Source: an uncultured Mycoplasma sp.
GTDB lineage: Bacteria; Bacillota_I; Bacilli_A; RF39; UBA660
NCBI GenBank assembly: GCA_946500895.1
Contig: CAMMXG010000001.1
Location: 705-64,704, forward strand
DNA length: 64,000 nt
Direction: 5' to 3'
Position 1 is the first letter of the stretch. Each line of letters opens with the position of its first letter. This document shows positions 29,113 through 39,996 of the stretch, one piece after another. Both the position numbers and the translations under genes were made by a program. The notes under the pieces are model-generated. The model worked only from the letters and a program-made list of their open reading frames with translations, was not told the DNA's origin and did no database searches.

Positions 29113-29618
29113 TATTCGCCCTCACTCCCTAAAAACAAATTGATTTCTTGTAAAGTACGATATAAATAATGTTTCACATTAGATTCAGTGATATTTAAAA
29201 TATTTGCTATTTCTTTTATAGAATAGTTTTTATAATAATAAAGAAAAAAGATTTTACCAATAATATTTTTTTTATTCTTTAAATAATTCCATACCAAATC
29301 TATTTGATCTTTATAAATTACCAATTCTAACAAATTAATATGATCCGGCACTTCATCAATAAATTCAGAATCAAAAATATGATCTTTATGATTATAACGA
29401 AAACGATAATAATCTTTAATCTTATGTTTAGCAATTCCCAAAACATACTCTTTCGTAATATCTTTCTTTATCTTTTTATAAACTGCTAAATAAATTTCCT
29501 GAATAATATCAGATACATCTTGAATAGATGAAACATTACAAACCACATACTTTAAAATATCATCATAAGTTGTATCATACACTTCTTGAAATTTATCTAA
29601 GGCTTCTTGAGTACTCAT
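29112..29618 (-). CDS. ECF-type RNA polymerase sigma-70 family factor
   Basis: 168 aa. Region-2-like 'DVSDIIQEIYLAVYKK'. Region-4 HTH 'YSIKEIANILNITESNVKHYLYRTLQEI'. Confidence 0.65.
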   Translation of the reverse strand: MSTQEALDKFQEVYDTTYDDILKYVVCNVSSIQDVSDIIQEIYLAVYKKIKKDITKEYVLGIAKHKIKDYYRFRYNHKDHIFDSEFIDEVPDHINLLELVIYKDQIDLVWNYLKNKKNIIGKIFFLYYYKNYSIKEIANILNITESNVKHYLYRTLQEINLFLGSEGE

Positions 29619-29668
29619 TTAATCCACCTCTATTTAAATAATCGCAATAATTTAAAAAAAGTTCCAAT

Positions 29669-29995
29669 TTAACCTAACTTTTCACCATTATTTACATGTT
29701 TATTAGGTTCAATTAGAACTACTCCATCTTTACTATATACACCCAAAACTAAAACTTCCGACATAAAATCAGCAACTTGCTTTTTGGGAAAGTTAACTAC
29801 TGCCAAAATCTGTTTTCCAACTAATTCACTTTTTTGATACAAATCAGTAATTTGTGCAGAAGATTTTTTTATTCCTAACTCTCCAAAATCAATTTCCAAT
29901 TTATAAGCAGGTCTTTTTGCTTTAGGAAAATCTTCAACCTTTATAATTGTACCAGCTCGAATATCAAGTTTTAAAAAATCATCAAATGTTACCAT
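29669..29995 (-). CDS. tRNA-binding domain protein (CsaA-like)
   Basis: 108 aa. 'LDIRAGTIIKVEDFPKAKRPAYKLEIDFGE...QILAVVNFPKKQVADFMSEVLVLG' matches the Myf/EMAP-like tRNA-binding fold of CsaA. Confidence 0.65.
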   Translation of the reverse strand: MVTFDDFLKLDIRAGTIIKVEDFPKAKRPAYKLEIDFGELGIKKSSAQITDLYQKSELVGKQILAVVNFPKKQVADFMSEVLVLGVYSKDGVVLIEPNKHVNNGEKLG

Positions 29996-29997
29996 AT

Positions 29998-30522
29998 TTA
30001 TTCTCCATCGACCGAAAGAACAACAATCTCTTTTTCTTTCAAATACTTCTTTACTTCTTCATTATAGGAACTTTCACCATATATAACAATTTTTCTGCGC
30101 ACAAAAAAGTATATACCATACTCTCCAAAATAAACAAAATCAATTAAATTCCAAGGAGCAAAAAAACGTAATCCATCTTTTTCTTTATCTTCTACTCCTT
30201 CTATACTAATATTTACTTCTCCACCTAATCTTTTACTTGTAAAATAATAGCCAATCAAGAAAAGAAGTGTCATTGCCAGTATAATAAAAATTAGAAAAAA
30301 CAAAAGAATTTGAACAATCATAAATAACAATTTGTATTTTTGCAAGAATAAAATAGCTAAAAGAGCAAGAACTAGAGTAGCAATAAAATAGAACAATATA
30401 TATGTTGTATAATGATATACTTTAGCATCTCTTTTTCTACATAATTTACTTGCTTGAAATCCAACTCCTTGCATCTCATTATATATTTTAAAGAAATTTT
30501 TACTCTCACATTTAATTTTCAT
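29998..30522 (-). CDS. YcxB-like two-TM membrane protein
   Basis: 174 aa, two adjacent TM helices and a C-terminal soluble region. Family call is tentative. Confidence 0.3.
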   Translation of the reverse strand: MKIKCESKNFFKIYNEMQGVGFQASKLCRKRDAKVYHYTTYILFYFIATLVLALLAILFLQKYKLLFMIVQILLFFLIFIILAMTLLFLIGYYFTSKRLGGEVNISIEGVEDKEKDGLRFFAPWNLIDFVYFGEYGIYFFVRRKIVIYGESSYNEEVKKYLKEKEIVVLSVDGE

Positions 30523-30524
30523 TA

Positions 30525-31385
30525 CTATTCACTCCTTATCTTTTTGATTGCATCTGGAATACTCTCTATCGTATCACTAGCAATCATACTAATATCAGTA
30601 TTTTTTCCCTCCGCAAGTTCACCAGCAAGACCATTTAATAACACTCCCGCACTAACACTTAAAGAATTATATTCTAAATATCCGAGCATACCAGTTAAAA
30701 TACCTGATAAAACATCTCCACTGCCACTAGTTGCCATACCTGGAGTTCCGCATTTACATAAATAAACATCTTCACCATCTGTAACAATAGTTGTATGTCC
30801 TTTAAGCACTAAGATGACATGATTGTTTCTAGCAAATTTTTTAGCAATACCAACCTCATCATTTAAAATATCATCCATAGATAATCCTGTTAATCTAGAA
30901 AATTCTTTTAAATGAGGAGTCAAAACAATTTTAGCATTGCTTTCTTTTAATAACTCCAAATGCCCTACCAGTGTATTAAGCCCATCAGCATCAAGAATGA
31001 GATTACCATTAAAATTTTCTAAAACATATTCTAAAATAGCTAAATGTTCTTCATCATAATCCCAACCCATACCAATAGCAAGAGAATCCAAATCTTTTAC
31101 TGCTTCTTTAATATCTTCCAAAGTATCATAAGGATGCATAGTTTGTTCTAAAAGATAAGGAGTAACAGATGAAACAATTGCTTTAGGCACAATTACTCGA
31201 ACTAGTCCACATCCACTTCTTAAAGTACACAAACTCATATTAGCAAGTTTAACAGCTCCACTATACTTAATAGAACCACCAAGTATACCTACTTTACCAA
31301 AATCACCCTTATTAGAATTGATATTTCTTTTTTCAAACAAACATTTAACATCTTCTAATTTAATTTCTTTTACCATAACTATCAC
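30525..31385 (-). CDS. ADP-dependent NAD(P)H-hydrate dehydratase (YjeF C-terminal / Nnr2 domain)
   Basis: 286 aa. 'GTPGMATSGSGDVLSGI' and 'LVLKGHTTIV' motifs are conserved in YjeF-C carbohydrate-kinase-like dehydratases. Confidence 0.7.
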   Translation of the reverse strand: MIVMVKEIKLEDVKCLFEKRNINSNKGDFGKVGILGGSIKYSGAVKLANMSLCTLRSGCGLVRVIVPKAIVSSVTPYLLEQTMHPYDTLEDIKEAVKDLDSLAIGMGWDYDEEHLAILEYVLENFNGNLILDADGLNTLVGHLELLKESNAKIVLTPHLKEFSRLTGLSMDDILNDEVGIAKKFARNNHVILVLKGHTTIVTDGEDVYLCKCGTPGMATSGSGDVLSGILTGMLGYLEYNSLSVSAGVLLNGLAGELAEGKNTDISMIASDTIESIPDAIKKIRSE

Positions 31386-31513
31386 TAAAATAATTGTATC
31401 AAAAAAGAGTGTATGAATAAAGATTAATTTCTATTTATTTCGAAAGTTTTTTATTTTCATCTTTATAGTGATAGCTAAGTTTATTTTCGTTATTTACTAC
31501 TGACTTACCAAGT

Positions 31514-32296
31514 CTACTTTCTATTTCTTTTGGTAATATTAGCTATTTCCCCACCAGAGGCAGCAATTTTCTTATTTTCTTCCAAGCCATAAGGTTTATG
31601 TTCTTTGGCAAGTTCTCTTGTAGTTACTTCTCCAATATCAGTAAGAAGTATTTCTAAATCTGACATATTATCACGAAGTGACTCTTTTCTAATTCCTTTA
31701 AATTCTTTGTATTCACTTGCTTTCATTCCCGACCAACCTTGATAAATTTCATTAGTAAGGATACCAAATTCATAATCTTCATGAATACCACTATCCATCC
31801 AAACATCCGTAAGTTTATTTCGATCAACAATTCCTGCTAGTCTAAGTTTAATCCACTCATCATCATACCCACGCATCTTATAATAATGAACTGCTCTTTT
31901 AACTGCCTTCTCTGGATCAAATACTTCATCAACTCTTTCACTACCTAAATTTGCTAACCAAACTTTAAAAGGCTCAGCTTTAGGACTAGGAATGGACTCA
32001 ATAAGTCTAAAGATTCCTTTCGTATCAAGTGTATCCGTCCCTCTGAACTTTCCATCAGATGCTTTCATCTTCAACCGTACACATTTTGTGGACAGTTCAC
32101 TTTTCTCTTCTTCAGTCATTCTTTTCTTTAACATATTCCAATAATTTCTAGGATTTGAACTATCCGTCAATGCTTTCACTACATCTACTACACTAAAGTA
32201 ATATTCTTCTTTCTCAGAATCCCAAATGCTTCGAATCTCAATCCCTTCAAATAAATTTGATATTGTTGCTAATTTACTATCTTTCATTAAAACCAC
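31514..32296 (-). CDS. Bro-N domain protein (phage antirepressor-like), probable prophage remnant
   Basis: 260 aa. N-terminal 'FEGIEIRSIWDSEKEEYYFSVVDVVKAL' is the Bro-N signature. Confidence 0.55.
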   Translation of the reverse strand: MVLMKDSKLATISNLFEGIEIRSIWDSEKEEYYFSVVDVVKALTDSSNPRNYWNMLKKRMTEEEKSELSTKCVRLKMKASDGKFRGTDTLDTKGIFRLIESIPSPKAEPFKVWLANLGSERVDEVFDPEKAVKRAVHYYKMRGYDDEWIKLRLAGIVDRNKLTDVWMDSGIHEDYEFGILTNEIYQGWSGMKASEYKEFKGIRKESLRDNMSDLEILLTDIGEVTTRELAKEHKPYGLEENKKIAASGGEIANITKRNRK

Positions 32297-32373
32297 CCTT
32301 CCTTACTCGTAAATTTTTTACAATTTTTACTTGTTAATTTTTTTGAATTATGCTATATTTAATATGTAAGTGT

Positions 32374-32387
32374 TATCCAATTGGATA
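32374..32387. repeat. perfect 14-bp palindrome TATCCAATTGGATA (putative operator)
   Basis: Read directly. Lies between the Bro-N gene start and the upstream ABC operon end. A second imperfect inverted repeat GGATAGCA...TGCTATC flanks 32383-32448. Confidence 0.4.
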
Positions 32388-32692
32388 GCACCTGCGATTT
32401 TTTGTCGAGGCGCTACATCAGCGTCTTTTTTCGTTGCTATCTCTAGAGATAAGCAAGATTATTATAATAAGTAATAAGGTCATATCACTCATTTACATCC
32501 CTCCTACTTTCATAAAACCCCCTGAATAAAATCCAAGTAGTCATTACTACTCATAAAAAGAAAGCAGGCACTTTACCAAATTGAATAACACCATTAGTGT
32601 ACCATAAACCAAGACAAAACTCAAGAACAAAAGTTCGACAAAATTGGACATTTTAATAAATGAAAAAAGCAAATCTTTTTTAAGACTTGCTT

Positions 32693-34756
32693 CTATTTAT
32701 CTTTAATAATATTCTTACTACAATAATAAGTAATAAGGAAATATCCACCATAAATAATAATTAAGAATACTGCAGTCATTGTAATTGATCTAGTCATTTC
32801 CTCATCACCAAAAGTCATTAAAATATATCTACAAAATTCTAATCCGAATATTGAGTGAATAATAGCCAAAATTAAAGGAACACTGAAGAAGATCGCAATT
32901 TGTTTAAATAATGCTCGGTTAATCATTTTCTCATCAGTACCAATCTTTCTAAGCATAGCATATCTTTCTTTATTATCAGTACTTTCAGATAATTCTTTTA
33001 AAGCAAGGATAGCTGCACTAGAAATAAGGAATATAATACCAAGATATAAACCAATGAATGTTACCATTGCACCTAATCCTACACTAGCTTCATAAATACT
33101 AATTTTTGTACTAGCATTTATTGAAATATTACCACTATTTGGATGATTTTCAATAGCAATTAAAGTATCTTCAACTGCTTGTTTACCCTCATCAGTATCT
33201 GCTTTATAATTAGCAAGTAGTACTTCACTTTCCAAATAAGTTTCACTAACTACATAATCAGGAACAACAATAATACCGGTATTAATATGATTATTTGAAA
33301 TTCGAACAAATCCATCTTGACATTCATCATATTTTGGTATTAATGTGACACCAAAAACATTGATAGAAGGTTTTGTCTTCAAAGCAACATTGCGCATTTC
33401 AATGGAACTTTCAAAATCTGCAACAATCATATATTCATTATCTGCTAAAGTATATTCAGTATTTCCATAAAGTCTAGCTACTTTATTATAATCGGAAATT
33501 GTCATTACTTCCTCAGGAGCATGATAAGTATAAATTGGATATTGTGATTTGATTGTTTCTCCAGCACTACCTAAGGTATCTTCAAAAGTAAAGTCATTGC
33601 TAGCATAAGTATAAACAGTTATAATATCTTTAAAATAATTATTCACATCAAAATCTACTAACTTTAAACTTTCTTCTAAACTACGATAAGAATCTTGACG
33701 TAAAACTTCGCTATAACCAGTTTGATATGCATAATCTTCACTAATATTCCTCGTTTTTGATAGTTCTACATCAACAGGAGCTAATTCCAACAAATTAGCC
33801 GTCATGGAATTTTTGATAGATAAAGAACTAGAGAATACACAAATCGTTACAAAAAGCATTAAACAAATAACAGTCATGGAGAACACCATCGTATTTACTT
33901 TACTACTAATTTGTCTTAACACAAAACTATTAAGTCCTTTATAATAAAGATTCTTGAAACTCATAACAATCTTTAATATTAAACCTGATAAAGACCAGAA
34001 AATAAAGAAAGTAGAAACACATCCTAAAATAATCGGAATAAAAATATCATTTGCACCTGTTAAAGTATCAACTCCAGCAGTAACCAAATAATAAGCATAG
34101 CCTAGAGCGCACACTGAAATAATAAATACAATCGTACATATAACAGGATTTTTCATTTTTACTTCTTCGCTTTTTCGGTTAGCATAAATCAAATCAATTA
34201 ATTTACAACGTCCCACATTAATAACATTAAAGATCATAACTAAAAGATACATAATACCAAAATAAATAATGGTTTTAATCATAGCACTACTAGAAAAAAC
34301 AAAGGTAAACTGAGTAAGATCTGCCTCAAAACTGTTGGCAACAAGTACACTCATAAGCTGTGATGCACCGACACCTACAATAAGACCAATAACTAAAGAG
34401 ATAATTCCAATAATAAGAGTTTCCAAAAGTAAAATCTTCGAAATTTTTCCTTTACTCATACCTAAAGTTAAGTAAATTCCAAACTCTTTATTTCTTCTTT
34501 TCATTAAAAACCGACTAGCATAAATAATTAAAAAACCTAGAATGAATGATACAAATACGCTAACACCCGAAAGCATATTAACCATTAAATCAATAATTTC
34601 TCTAGTACTAGATGTAACATTTAATAAAACAGTTTGACTACCAATCGCATTAAAAACATAAAATATGGCAACACCCAAAATAAGAGTGAAAAAATAAATG
34701 GCATAATCTTTAAAGCTTTTCCTAATATTTTTTAAAGATAACTTAAAGAGCATCAT
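32693..34756 (-). CDS. BceB-like ABC permease (FtsX-domain, 10 TM with large extracellular loop)
   Basis: 687 aa. Two FtsX-like 4-TM bundles separated by a ~200-aa extracellular domain. Overlaps the ATPase gene by 14 nt. Confidence 0.65.
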   Translation of the reverse strand: MMLFKLSLKNIRKSFKDYAIYFFTLILGVAIFYVFNAIGSQTVLLNVTSSTREIIDLMVNMLSGVSVFVSFILGFLIIYASRFLMKRRNKEFGIYLTLGMSKGKISKILLLETLIIGIISLVIGLIVGVGASQLMSVLVANSFEADLTQFTFVFSSSAMIKTIIYFGIMYLLVMIFNVINVGRCKLIDLIYANRKSEEVKMKNPVICTIVFIISVCALGYAYYLVTAGVDTLTGANDIFIPIILGCVSTFFIFWSLSGLILKIVMSFKNLYYKGLNSFVLRQISSKVNTMVFSMTVICLMLFVTICVFSSSLSIKNSMTANLLELAPVDVELSKTRNISEDYAYQTGYSEVLRQDSYRSLEESLKLVDFDVNNYFKDIITVYTYASNDFTFEDTLGSAGETIKSQYPIYTYHAPEEVMTISDYNKVARLYGNTEYTLADNEYMIVADFESSIEMRNVALKTKPSINVFGVTLIPKYDECQDGFVRISNNHINTGIIVVPDYVVSETYLESEVLLANYKADTDEGKQAVEDTLIAIENHPNSGNISINASTKISIYEASVGLGAMVTFIGLYLGIIFLISSAAILALKELSESTDNKERYAMLRKIGTDEKMINRALFKQIAIFFSVPLILAIIHSIFGLEFCRYILMTFGDEEMTRSITMTAVFLIIIYGGYFLITYYCSKNIIKDK

Positions 34757-35510
34757 TTAAATCTCCCCCAAGAATAGTTACCACATCAATAATTTCATCA
34801 AAAAATTCTTTTCTCGATTTATCAGCTTTCACTAACTCATTAAATATTTTCCCATCTTTAATAAATATAACCCGACTTGCATAAGAAGCACTAAAAGCAT
34901 CATGCGTAACCATTAAAATAGTTGTTTTAAGTTCGGTATTTAAGTAGTTAAAGCTTTCAAGTAACATTCTCGATGACTTTGAATCTAATGCTCCCGTTGG
35001 TTCATCAGCAAGCACTAATTTAGGATTTGTAATAATAGCTCTCGCACTTGCTACTCTCTGCTTTTCTCCTCCACTCATTTGATAAGGATATTTTTTTAAT
35101 ACATGTTTGATATTGAGTCTACTTGCAATATCCTCTATTTTTTTATTCATGAGTTTAACCGGAACATTTTGAATAGATAAAGCAAGGGAAATATTTTCAT
35201 AACCAGTTAAGGTATCAAGTAAATTAAAATCTTGAAAAATAAAACCTAATTCTTCTCTCCTGAAACGATTTAATTCATTTCCCTTTAATTTCGTAATATC
35301 ATCACCTGCTACATAAATATGTCCACTGGTAACTTTATCAATCGTCGAAATACAGTTAAGAAGCGTTGTCTTACCACTACCACTTGCACCCATAATAGCA
35401 ACAAATTCACCCTTATTAACACTAAAGCTAATATTATCAATCGCTTTTGTTAAGTTAGATTTATTACCATAATACTTTTCTATTTTTTCTATTTTTAAAA
35501 TTTCTTCCAT
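34743..35510 (-). CDS. BceA-like ABC ATP-binding protein
   Basis: 255 aa. Walker A 'GASGSGKTT', signature '[14 protein letters not shown]', Walker B '[12 protein letters not shown]'. Confidence 0.8.
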   Translation of the reverse strand: MEEILKIEKIEKYYGNKSNLTKAIDNISFSVNKGEFVAIMGASGSGKTTLLNCISTIDKVTSGHIYVAGDDITKLKGNELNRFRREELGFIFQDFNLLDTLTGYENISLALSIQNVPVKLMNKKIEDIASRLNIKHVLKKYPYQMSGGEKQRVASARAIITNPKLVLADEPTGALDSKSSRMLLESFNYLNTELKTTILMVTHDAFSASYASRVIFIKDGKIFNELVKADKSRKEFFDEIIDVVTILGGDLNDAL

Positions 35511-35597
35511 AAAATCTTTCCTTTCGTTTGGTATTATATACGAAAAAAAGAAAAAAATCGTAAGTTTAATCTTACATAACCTTACAATTTTGTAATC

Positions 35598-36611
35598 TTA
35601 CTTAACTTCTTTATAAAATAAATTATTATCAAAAATAAATTTAACTTTCGTATATTCTCCTTCAATAGAATCTATCTCTAATTTATGTCCAAGCTTTTTA
35701 CATAAATTATTAACGATATATAAACCCATACCAGTAGAACCCGGAACTTTTCTGCCATTTTGTCCTGTAAACGTTTTATTTAAGACTCTCCCAATATCAG
35801 ATGCCGGAATACCCATACCATTATCCAGTATTTCTAAAACAATATGCTTATTTTGTTTATAGGCTTTAATTTCAATTTTTTTATCATCTATATCTCGCAT
35901 ATATTTCATACTATTACTAATCACTTGATTAATCATAAATTCTAACCATTTGTAATCAGTTAAAACTTTAATATTATTAACATCACTTATAATATCAATA
36001 TTCCTTTCTAATAAAACATCTTTATTTTTAAGCATAACTTCACGAATGACTTTATTTAAATCTACTTCTTTAATGATATAATCTACCTCAGTATTTTCGA
36101 CTCTAATATAATAAAGAATTTGTTCTAAATAGTTATCTACTTTATTAATTTCTTTCACTAAAGCTTTACTAGTTTTTTTATTATGAGTATATAAAATTAA
36201 TGCTGATAAAGGAATTTTAACTTCATGAATCCAAAGCTCAACATACTCTTTAAAATCATTAATCTTACTCCGATAATCTCTAATATTTTCATTCATGGAT
36301 TTATTTATTTCATATAACATTTGATAAAGTATTTCTCCATCTAAAAAGTTTGGTTTACTAACTAGTTCACATATTAAGTATTTTTCATCTAATAACTCTA
36401 ACTTAGATAATATCTCTTTATAAAAAAAGTTTTTCCTGAAATAATCATACAAAAAGAGAGTAATAAAAAGCAAAAAGTAAATAACTGTAAAACACCATCT
36501 AAATTCATCAATTATTTTAAAACCGATCATAAAGGATAAAAGAATAAAATAAGTTAAAATAACGAGAATAATGATAATAATTTTATCTTTTAAATAATCT
36601 CTTAATTTCAT
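35598..36611 (-). CDS. intramembrane-sensing histidine kinase (BceS-like)
   Basis: 337 aa. Two N-terminal TM helices with no extracellular loop. H-box 'HEVKIPLSAL'. G-box 'GMGLYIV'. Confidence 0.7.
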   Translation of the reverse strand: MKLRDYLKDKIIIIILVILTYFILLSFMIGFKIIDEFRWCFTVIYFLLFITLFLYDYFRKNFFYKEILSKLELLDEKYLICELVSKPNFLDGEILYQMLYEINKSMNENIRDYRSKINDFKEYVELWIHEVKIPLSALILYTHNKKTSKALVKEINKVDNYLEQILYYIRVENTEVDYIIKEVDLNKVIREVMLKNKDVLLERNIDIISDVNNIKVLTDYKWLEFMINQVISNSMKYMRDIDDKKIEIKAYKQNKHIVLEILDNGMGIPASDIGRVLNKTFTGQNGRKVPGSTGMGLYIVNNLCKKLGHKLEIDSIEGEYTKVKFIFDNNLFYKEVK

Positions 36612-37282
36612 AACAAAATATAACCTTGTCCTTTTCTTGTTTCAATCGCGTCCTCTACTCCAAGTTCTCTAAATTTATTTCTAAGTCTACTAATATTAAC
36701 AGTTAAAGCATTATCATTGATATACTCATCATTATTCCAAAGTTCTGTCATTAACTCATCTCGAGAAACAATACTTCCCATTCTTTCATACAAATAAAGA
36801 AAAATAATCATTTCATTTTTCGTTAAAATTACTTCTTCCTTCTCTTTCTTCACAATTCCCCTTTTTACCTCGATAGTAAGATCATGATAAAGAATGACAT
36901 CCATAATATTTTTCTCAAATCTTTTTAAAACTGCTCCTATTCTTAAAAGTAAAATAGTTGGATTATAAGGTTTCGTAATATAGTCATCTGCACCATAACT
37001 CATCGATAAAACCTCATCTATCTCCGTATTTTTACTAGTTACCATAATTACTGGAATATTACTTACCTTTCTTAAATTTTTAAGTAATATCTCTCCATTC
37101 ATATAAGGAATATTAATATCAAGCAAAATTAAATCAGGGTGAATACTTAAAATATCATCTAACATATTAGTATAACTATCTAAAATTAAAGCATCATATC
37201 CGGCATTACTAAGAAGTTCTTTTAATTCTCCTCTAACACTTTCATCATCTTCAATAATTAAAATCTTTTTCATATCAATCAC
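36608..37282 (-). CDS. OmpR-family response regulator (BceR-like)
   Basis: 224 aa. Receiver 'ILIIEDDESV...LILLDINIP'. Winged-helix C-terminal 'LTKNEMIIFLYL...GYIL'. 4-nt overlap with the kinase gene. Confidence 0.8.
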   Translation of the reverse strand: MIDMKKILIIEDDESVRGELKELLSNAGYDALILDSYTNMLDDILSIHPDLILLDINIPYMNGEILLKNLRKVSNIPVIMVTSKNTEIDEVLSMSYGADDYITKPYNPTILLLRIGAVLKRFEKNIMDVILYHDLTIEVKRGIVKKEKEEVILTKNEMIIFLYLYERMGSIVSRDELMTELWNNDEYINDNALTVNISRLRNKFRELGVEDAIETRKGQGYILL

Positions 37283-37302
37283 TTCCTTAGTATACCATAT
37301 TT

Positions 37303-38313
37303 TTAAGATTTTTGTATTTCTTCATAAACTTTACTTTTAGGAAACACAAAACTAACTTTGGTATATTCTTCATATTTAGAATCAATAAAAACTTTAATAT
37401 CTAATTTTTCACTTAACTTTTTAACTAAATATAAGCCAATCCCCGTTGCATACTCCTTCTTTCTATTACTACCTGTAAATCCTTTATCAAAAACTCTTGG
37501 TACGTCCGATGCACGTATTCCACAACCATTATCTAATATTACTAAAACCACTTGATTATCTTTTCCTTCACTATAAATTTCAATAGTCTTTTCCTCTTTA
37601 TCTAAATATTTTATTGCATTATTAAGGACTTGACGAATCATAAAAGATACCCACTTTTCATCCGTATAAACGATTACTTCCAAATCATGAACATTTATAA
37701 TAATATGTTTACTAAGTAAAAGATCTTTATTCTTCAAGACTAATGGATGAATAAGTTCATTTAATTTAATTTTTTTGACAAAATAATCTTTTTCTGTCGC
37801 ATCACTTCTCGCATAATATAAAATTTGCTCTACATATTCTTCTATTTTTCTTATCTCATATTTTAAAGAAGCATCTTTCATATTATCAGCATATAAGGAT
37901 AATGCGGCAATCGGTGCTTTTATTTCATGAGCAAAGCTTTCAATGTATTCTTGGTAATCTCTTTCTTCTCTTTCTATATCACCAATCTTATCATTCATCG
38001 CTTTAGAGGCTTCTTTTAAAGCATAATAATAAGGATACCCCTCAATAGATTGATCTTTTGAAATTATTTCAGAAATATAATACTTTTCTCCAAGTTCATT
38101 ACAACTTTGAATAATTTGTAATGCTCTTTTCTTCTTCATAAAATAAATACAATACAAGTATAAAAAAGTAAAAAGTAAAATAAAAAGAATAAGTAGGATA
38201 GAAAAAATAAGTGGTATTTCTAAAAGAAAGAAAACAAAGAAAAGAATAACACACAAGCTAAATTGAAAAAGAATAAAAGCAATATTTTTCTCTAAAAATG
38301 TTCCAAAACTCAT
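37303..38313 (-). CDS. intramembrane-sensing histidine kinase (second BceS-like paralog)
   Basis: 336 aa. Two N-terminal TM helices. H-box 'HEIKAPIAAL'. 'GIGLYLV' G-box. Confidence 0.7.
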   Translation of the reverse strand: MSFGTFLEKNIAFILFQFSLCVILFFVFFLLEIPLIFSILLILFILLFTFLYLYCIYFMKKKRALQIIQSCNELGEKYYISEIISKDQSIEGYPYYYALKEASKAMNDKIGDIEREERDYQEYIESFAHEIKAPIAALSLYADNMKDASLKYEIRKIEEYVEQILYYARSDATEKDYFVKKIKLNELIHPLVLKNKDLLLSKHIIINVHDLEVIVYTDEKWVSFMIRQVLNNAIKYLDKEEKTIEIYSEGKDNQVVLVILDNGCGIRASDVPRVFDKGFTGSNRKKEYATGIGLYLVKKLSEKLDIKVFIDSKYEEYTKVSFVFPKSKVYEEIQKS

Positions 38314-38969
38314 ACGAAATAGCCAACTCCTCTTTTAGTTTGTACAAAATCAACTAATCCAATGTCTTCTAATTTTTTTCTTAAACGATTAATATTAACA
38401 AGCAAAATAGTTTCATCTAAGTAATACTGATCATTCCAAAGATACTCAATTAATTTTTCTTTACTTAAAACTTGACCTGCATTTAAAAACAAATAATATA
38501 AAATCCGAAATTCATTTCGAGTTAATTCTACTTCTTGATCATGATATTTAACAACAGAAAAATGAAGATCGAGCACAACGTCATGAACAACTAACTCTTT
38601 ATAACGAGTTGGATCATGTAGTTTTAATGCTCTTCTTATCTTTTCAAGTAAAATATATTTATTATATGGCTTGGTAACAAAATCATCACCACCAGAAAGA
38701 ATACTATTTAACTCATCTTCTTCGGTATTTCTACTCGTAACAAAAATAATCGGTGTTTGTTTATATTTCTTTACCTCTTTGCAAATCATAAACCCATTTT
38801 CATTTGGCAAATTAATATCTAATAATAATAAATCATATTCTTGTTTAGTAATGTCTTGAACAACATTTTGAAAAGAAGACAATGCCTCTACTTGATAACC
38901 TTCACTCTCTAAAAGAATTTTTAGTTCCTCACGAATTTTAGGTTCATCTTCCACAATAAATATTTTCAT
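38310..38969 (-). CDS. OmpR-family response regulator (second BceR-like paralog)
   Basis: 219 aa. 'IFIVEDEPKI...LLLLDINLP' receiver. C-terminal winged helix 'LTRNEFRILYYL...GYFV'. Confidence 0.8.
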   Translation of the reverse strand: MKIFIVEDEPKIREELKILLESEGYQVEALSSFQNVVQDITKQEYDLLLLDINLPNENGFMICKEVKKYKQTPIIFVTSRNTEEDELNSILSGGDDFVTKPYNKYILLEKIRRALKLHDPTRYKELVVHDVVLDLHFSVVKYHDQEVELTRNEFRILYYLFLNAGQVLSKEKLIEYLWNDQYYLDETILLVNINRLRKKLEDIGLVDFVQTKRGVGYFV

Positions 38970-39937
38970 TTTTTCACTCTCCTACAAAAGAGAAGAGTAG
39001 CTAAAAATATTAAAACAACAGCAATTATTATAGTTTCATAATGAACTGAAAATAAAGGAGCATCTACATCACTGACAACCGAAGGCTCACTAACCACTGC
39101 AACTTCTTCAACTGGAATCTCATAATTCAAATTCACATAATCAATAAGGGAAAGAGTATCCATCAAATTATAAGGAACGTCTTCAATTACTTCCGCACCT
39201 AGTGTAATTAGTAACATTTCATGATCTTCATGATAAAATAAAGCAGACATACATAAACCAGCATTGGTAGTATTACCTGTTTTACTACCAATAATCTTAG
39301 AAGTATCTAAATTAAGAGCTCTATTATATTTATTCACTGATGCTTCTACCTGAAGTCCATTTGTTAAAGTATAATTTTTCGTTGTATAAACGGTTCTAAA
39401 AATAGGATTTTCTAAAGCATAAGATAAAATGAGCAATTGATCATAAGCTGTGGAATAAGCACCATCTTGATCAAGTCCGGTTGTGTTAACATAATGAGTA
39501 TTTGTTGCACCTATCCTAGTTGCAAGTTCATTCATTTTTGTAACAAAATCACTAACATTTCCACTTACAACATAAGCTAGAACTTGTGTCGCATCTGCGC
39601 CACTTGGAAGGATTGCTGCATATAACAAATCCATATAAGTAACGGTATCACCGGGCTTTAATCCAGCAACCGAAGCATTCCAATAAATACCCGCAAGCAT
39701 TTCACTTGTAATGGTAACAGTAGCACTAAAGTCATTTATATTTTCTATAGCAGTAAAAACAGTCATAATTTTAGTTAAACTAGCAATACTACGTACTTCA
39801 TCACTATTTTTATCTAATATAACAGTATCAGCATCCATATCATAAACAATAGCAGCTTGACTATTAATATCAGGCATATCAAGTGCATAAACACCAATTG
39901 GAAAGAAACAAACGAATAATAAAAGTATCTTTTTCAT
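38966..39937 (-). CDS. D-alanyl-D-alanine carboxypeptidase (S11, low-MW PBP) with C-terminal membrane anchor
   Basis: 323 aa. Signal peptide, active-site 'SLTKIMT' (SxxK), 'SGN' and 'KTG' boxes, C-terminal hydrophobic helix. Confidence 0.65.
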   Translation of the reverse strand: MKKILLLFVCFFPIGVYALDMPDINSQAAIVYDMDADTVILDKNSDEVRSIASLTKIMTVFTAIENINDFSATVTITSEMLAGIYWNASVAGLKPGDTVTYMDLLYAAILPSGADATQVLAYVVSGNVSDFVTKMNELATRIGATNTHYVNTTGLDQDGAYSTAYDQLLILSYALENPIFRTVYTTKNYTLTNGLQVEASVNKYNRALNLDTSKIIGSKTGNTTNAGLCMSALFYHEDHEMLLITLGAEVIEDVPYNLMDTLSLIDYVNLNYEIPVEEVAVVSEPSVVSDVDAPLFSVHYETIIIAVVLIFLATLLFCRRVKK

Positions 39938-39996
39938 AGTATCCCTCTTCGTACTCTCTTATTATAACAAATAAAATAGAGATTTAAAACTAACAT

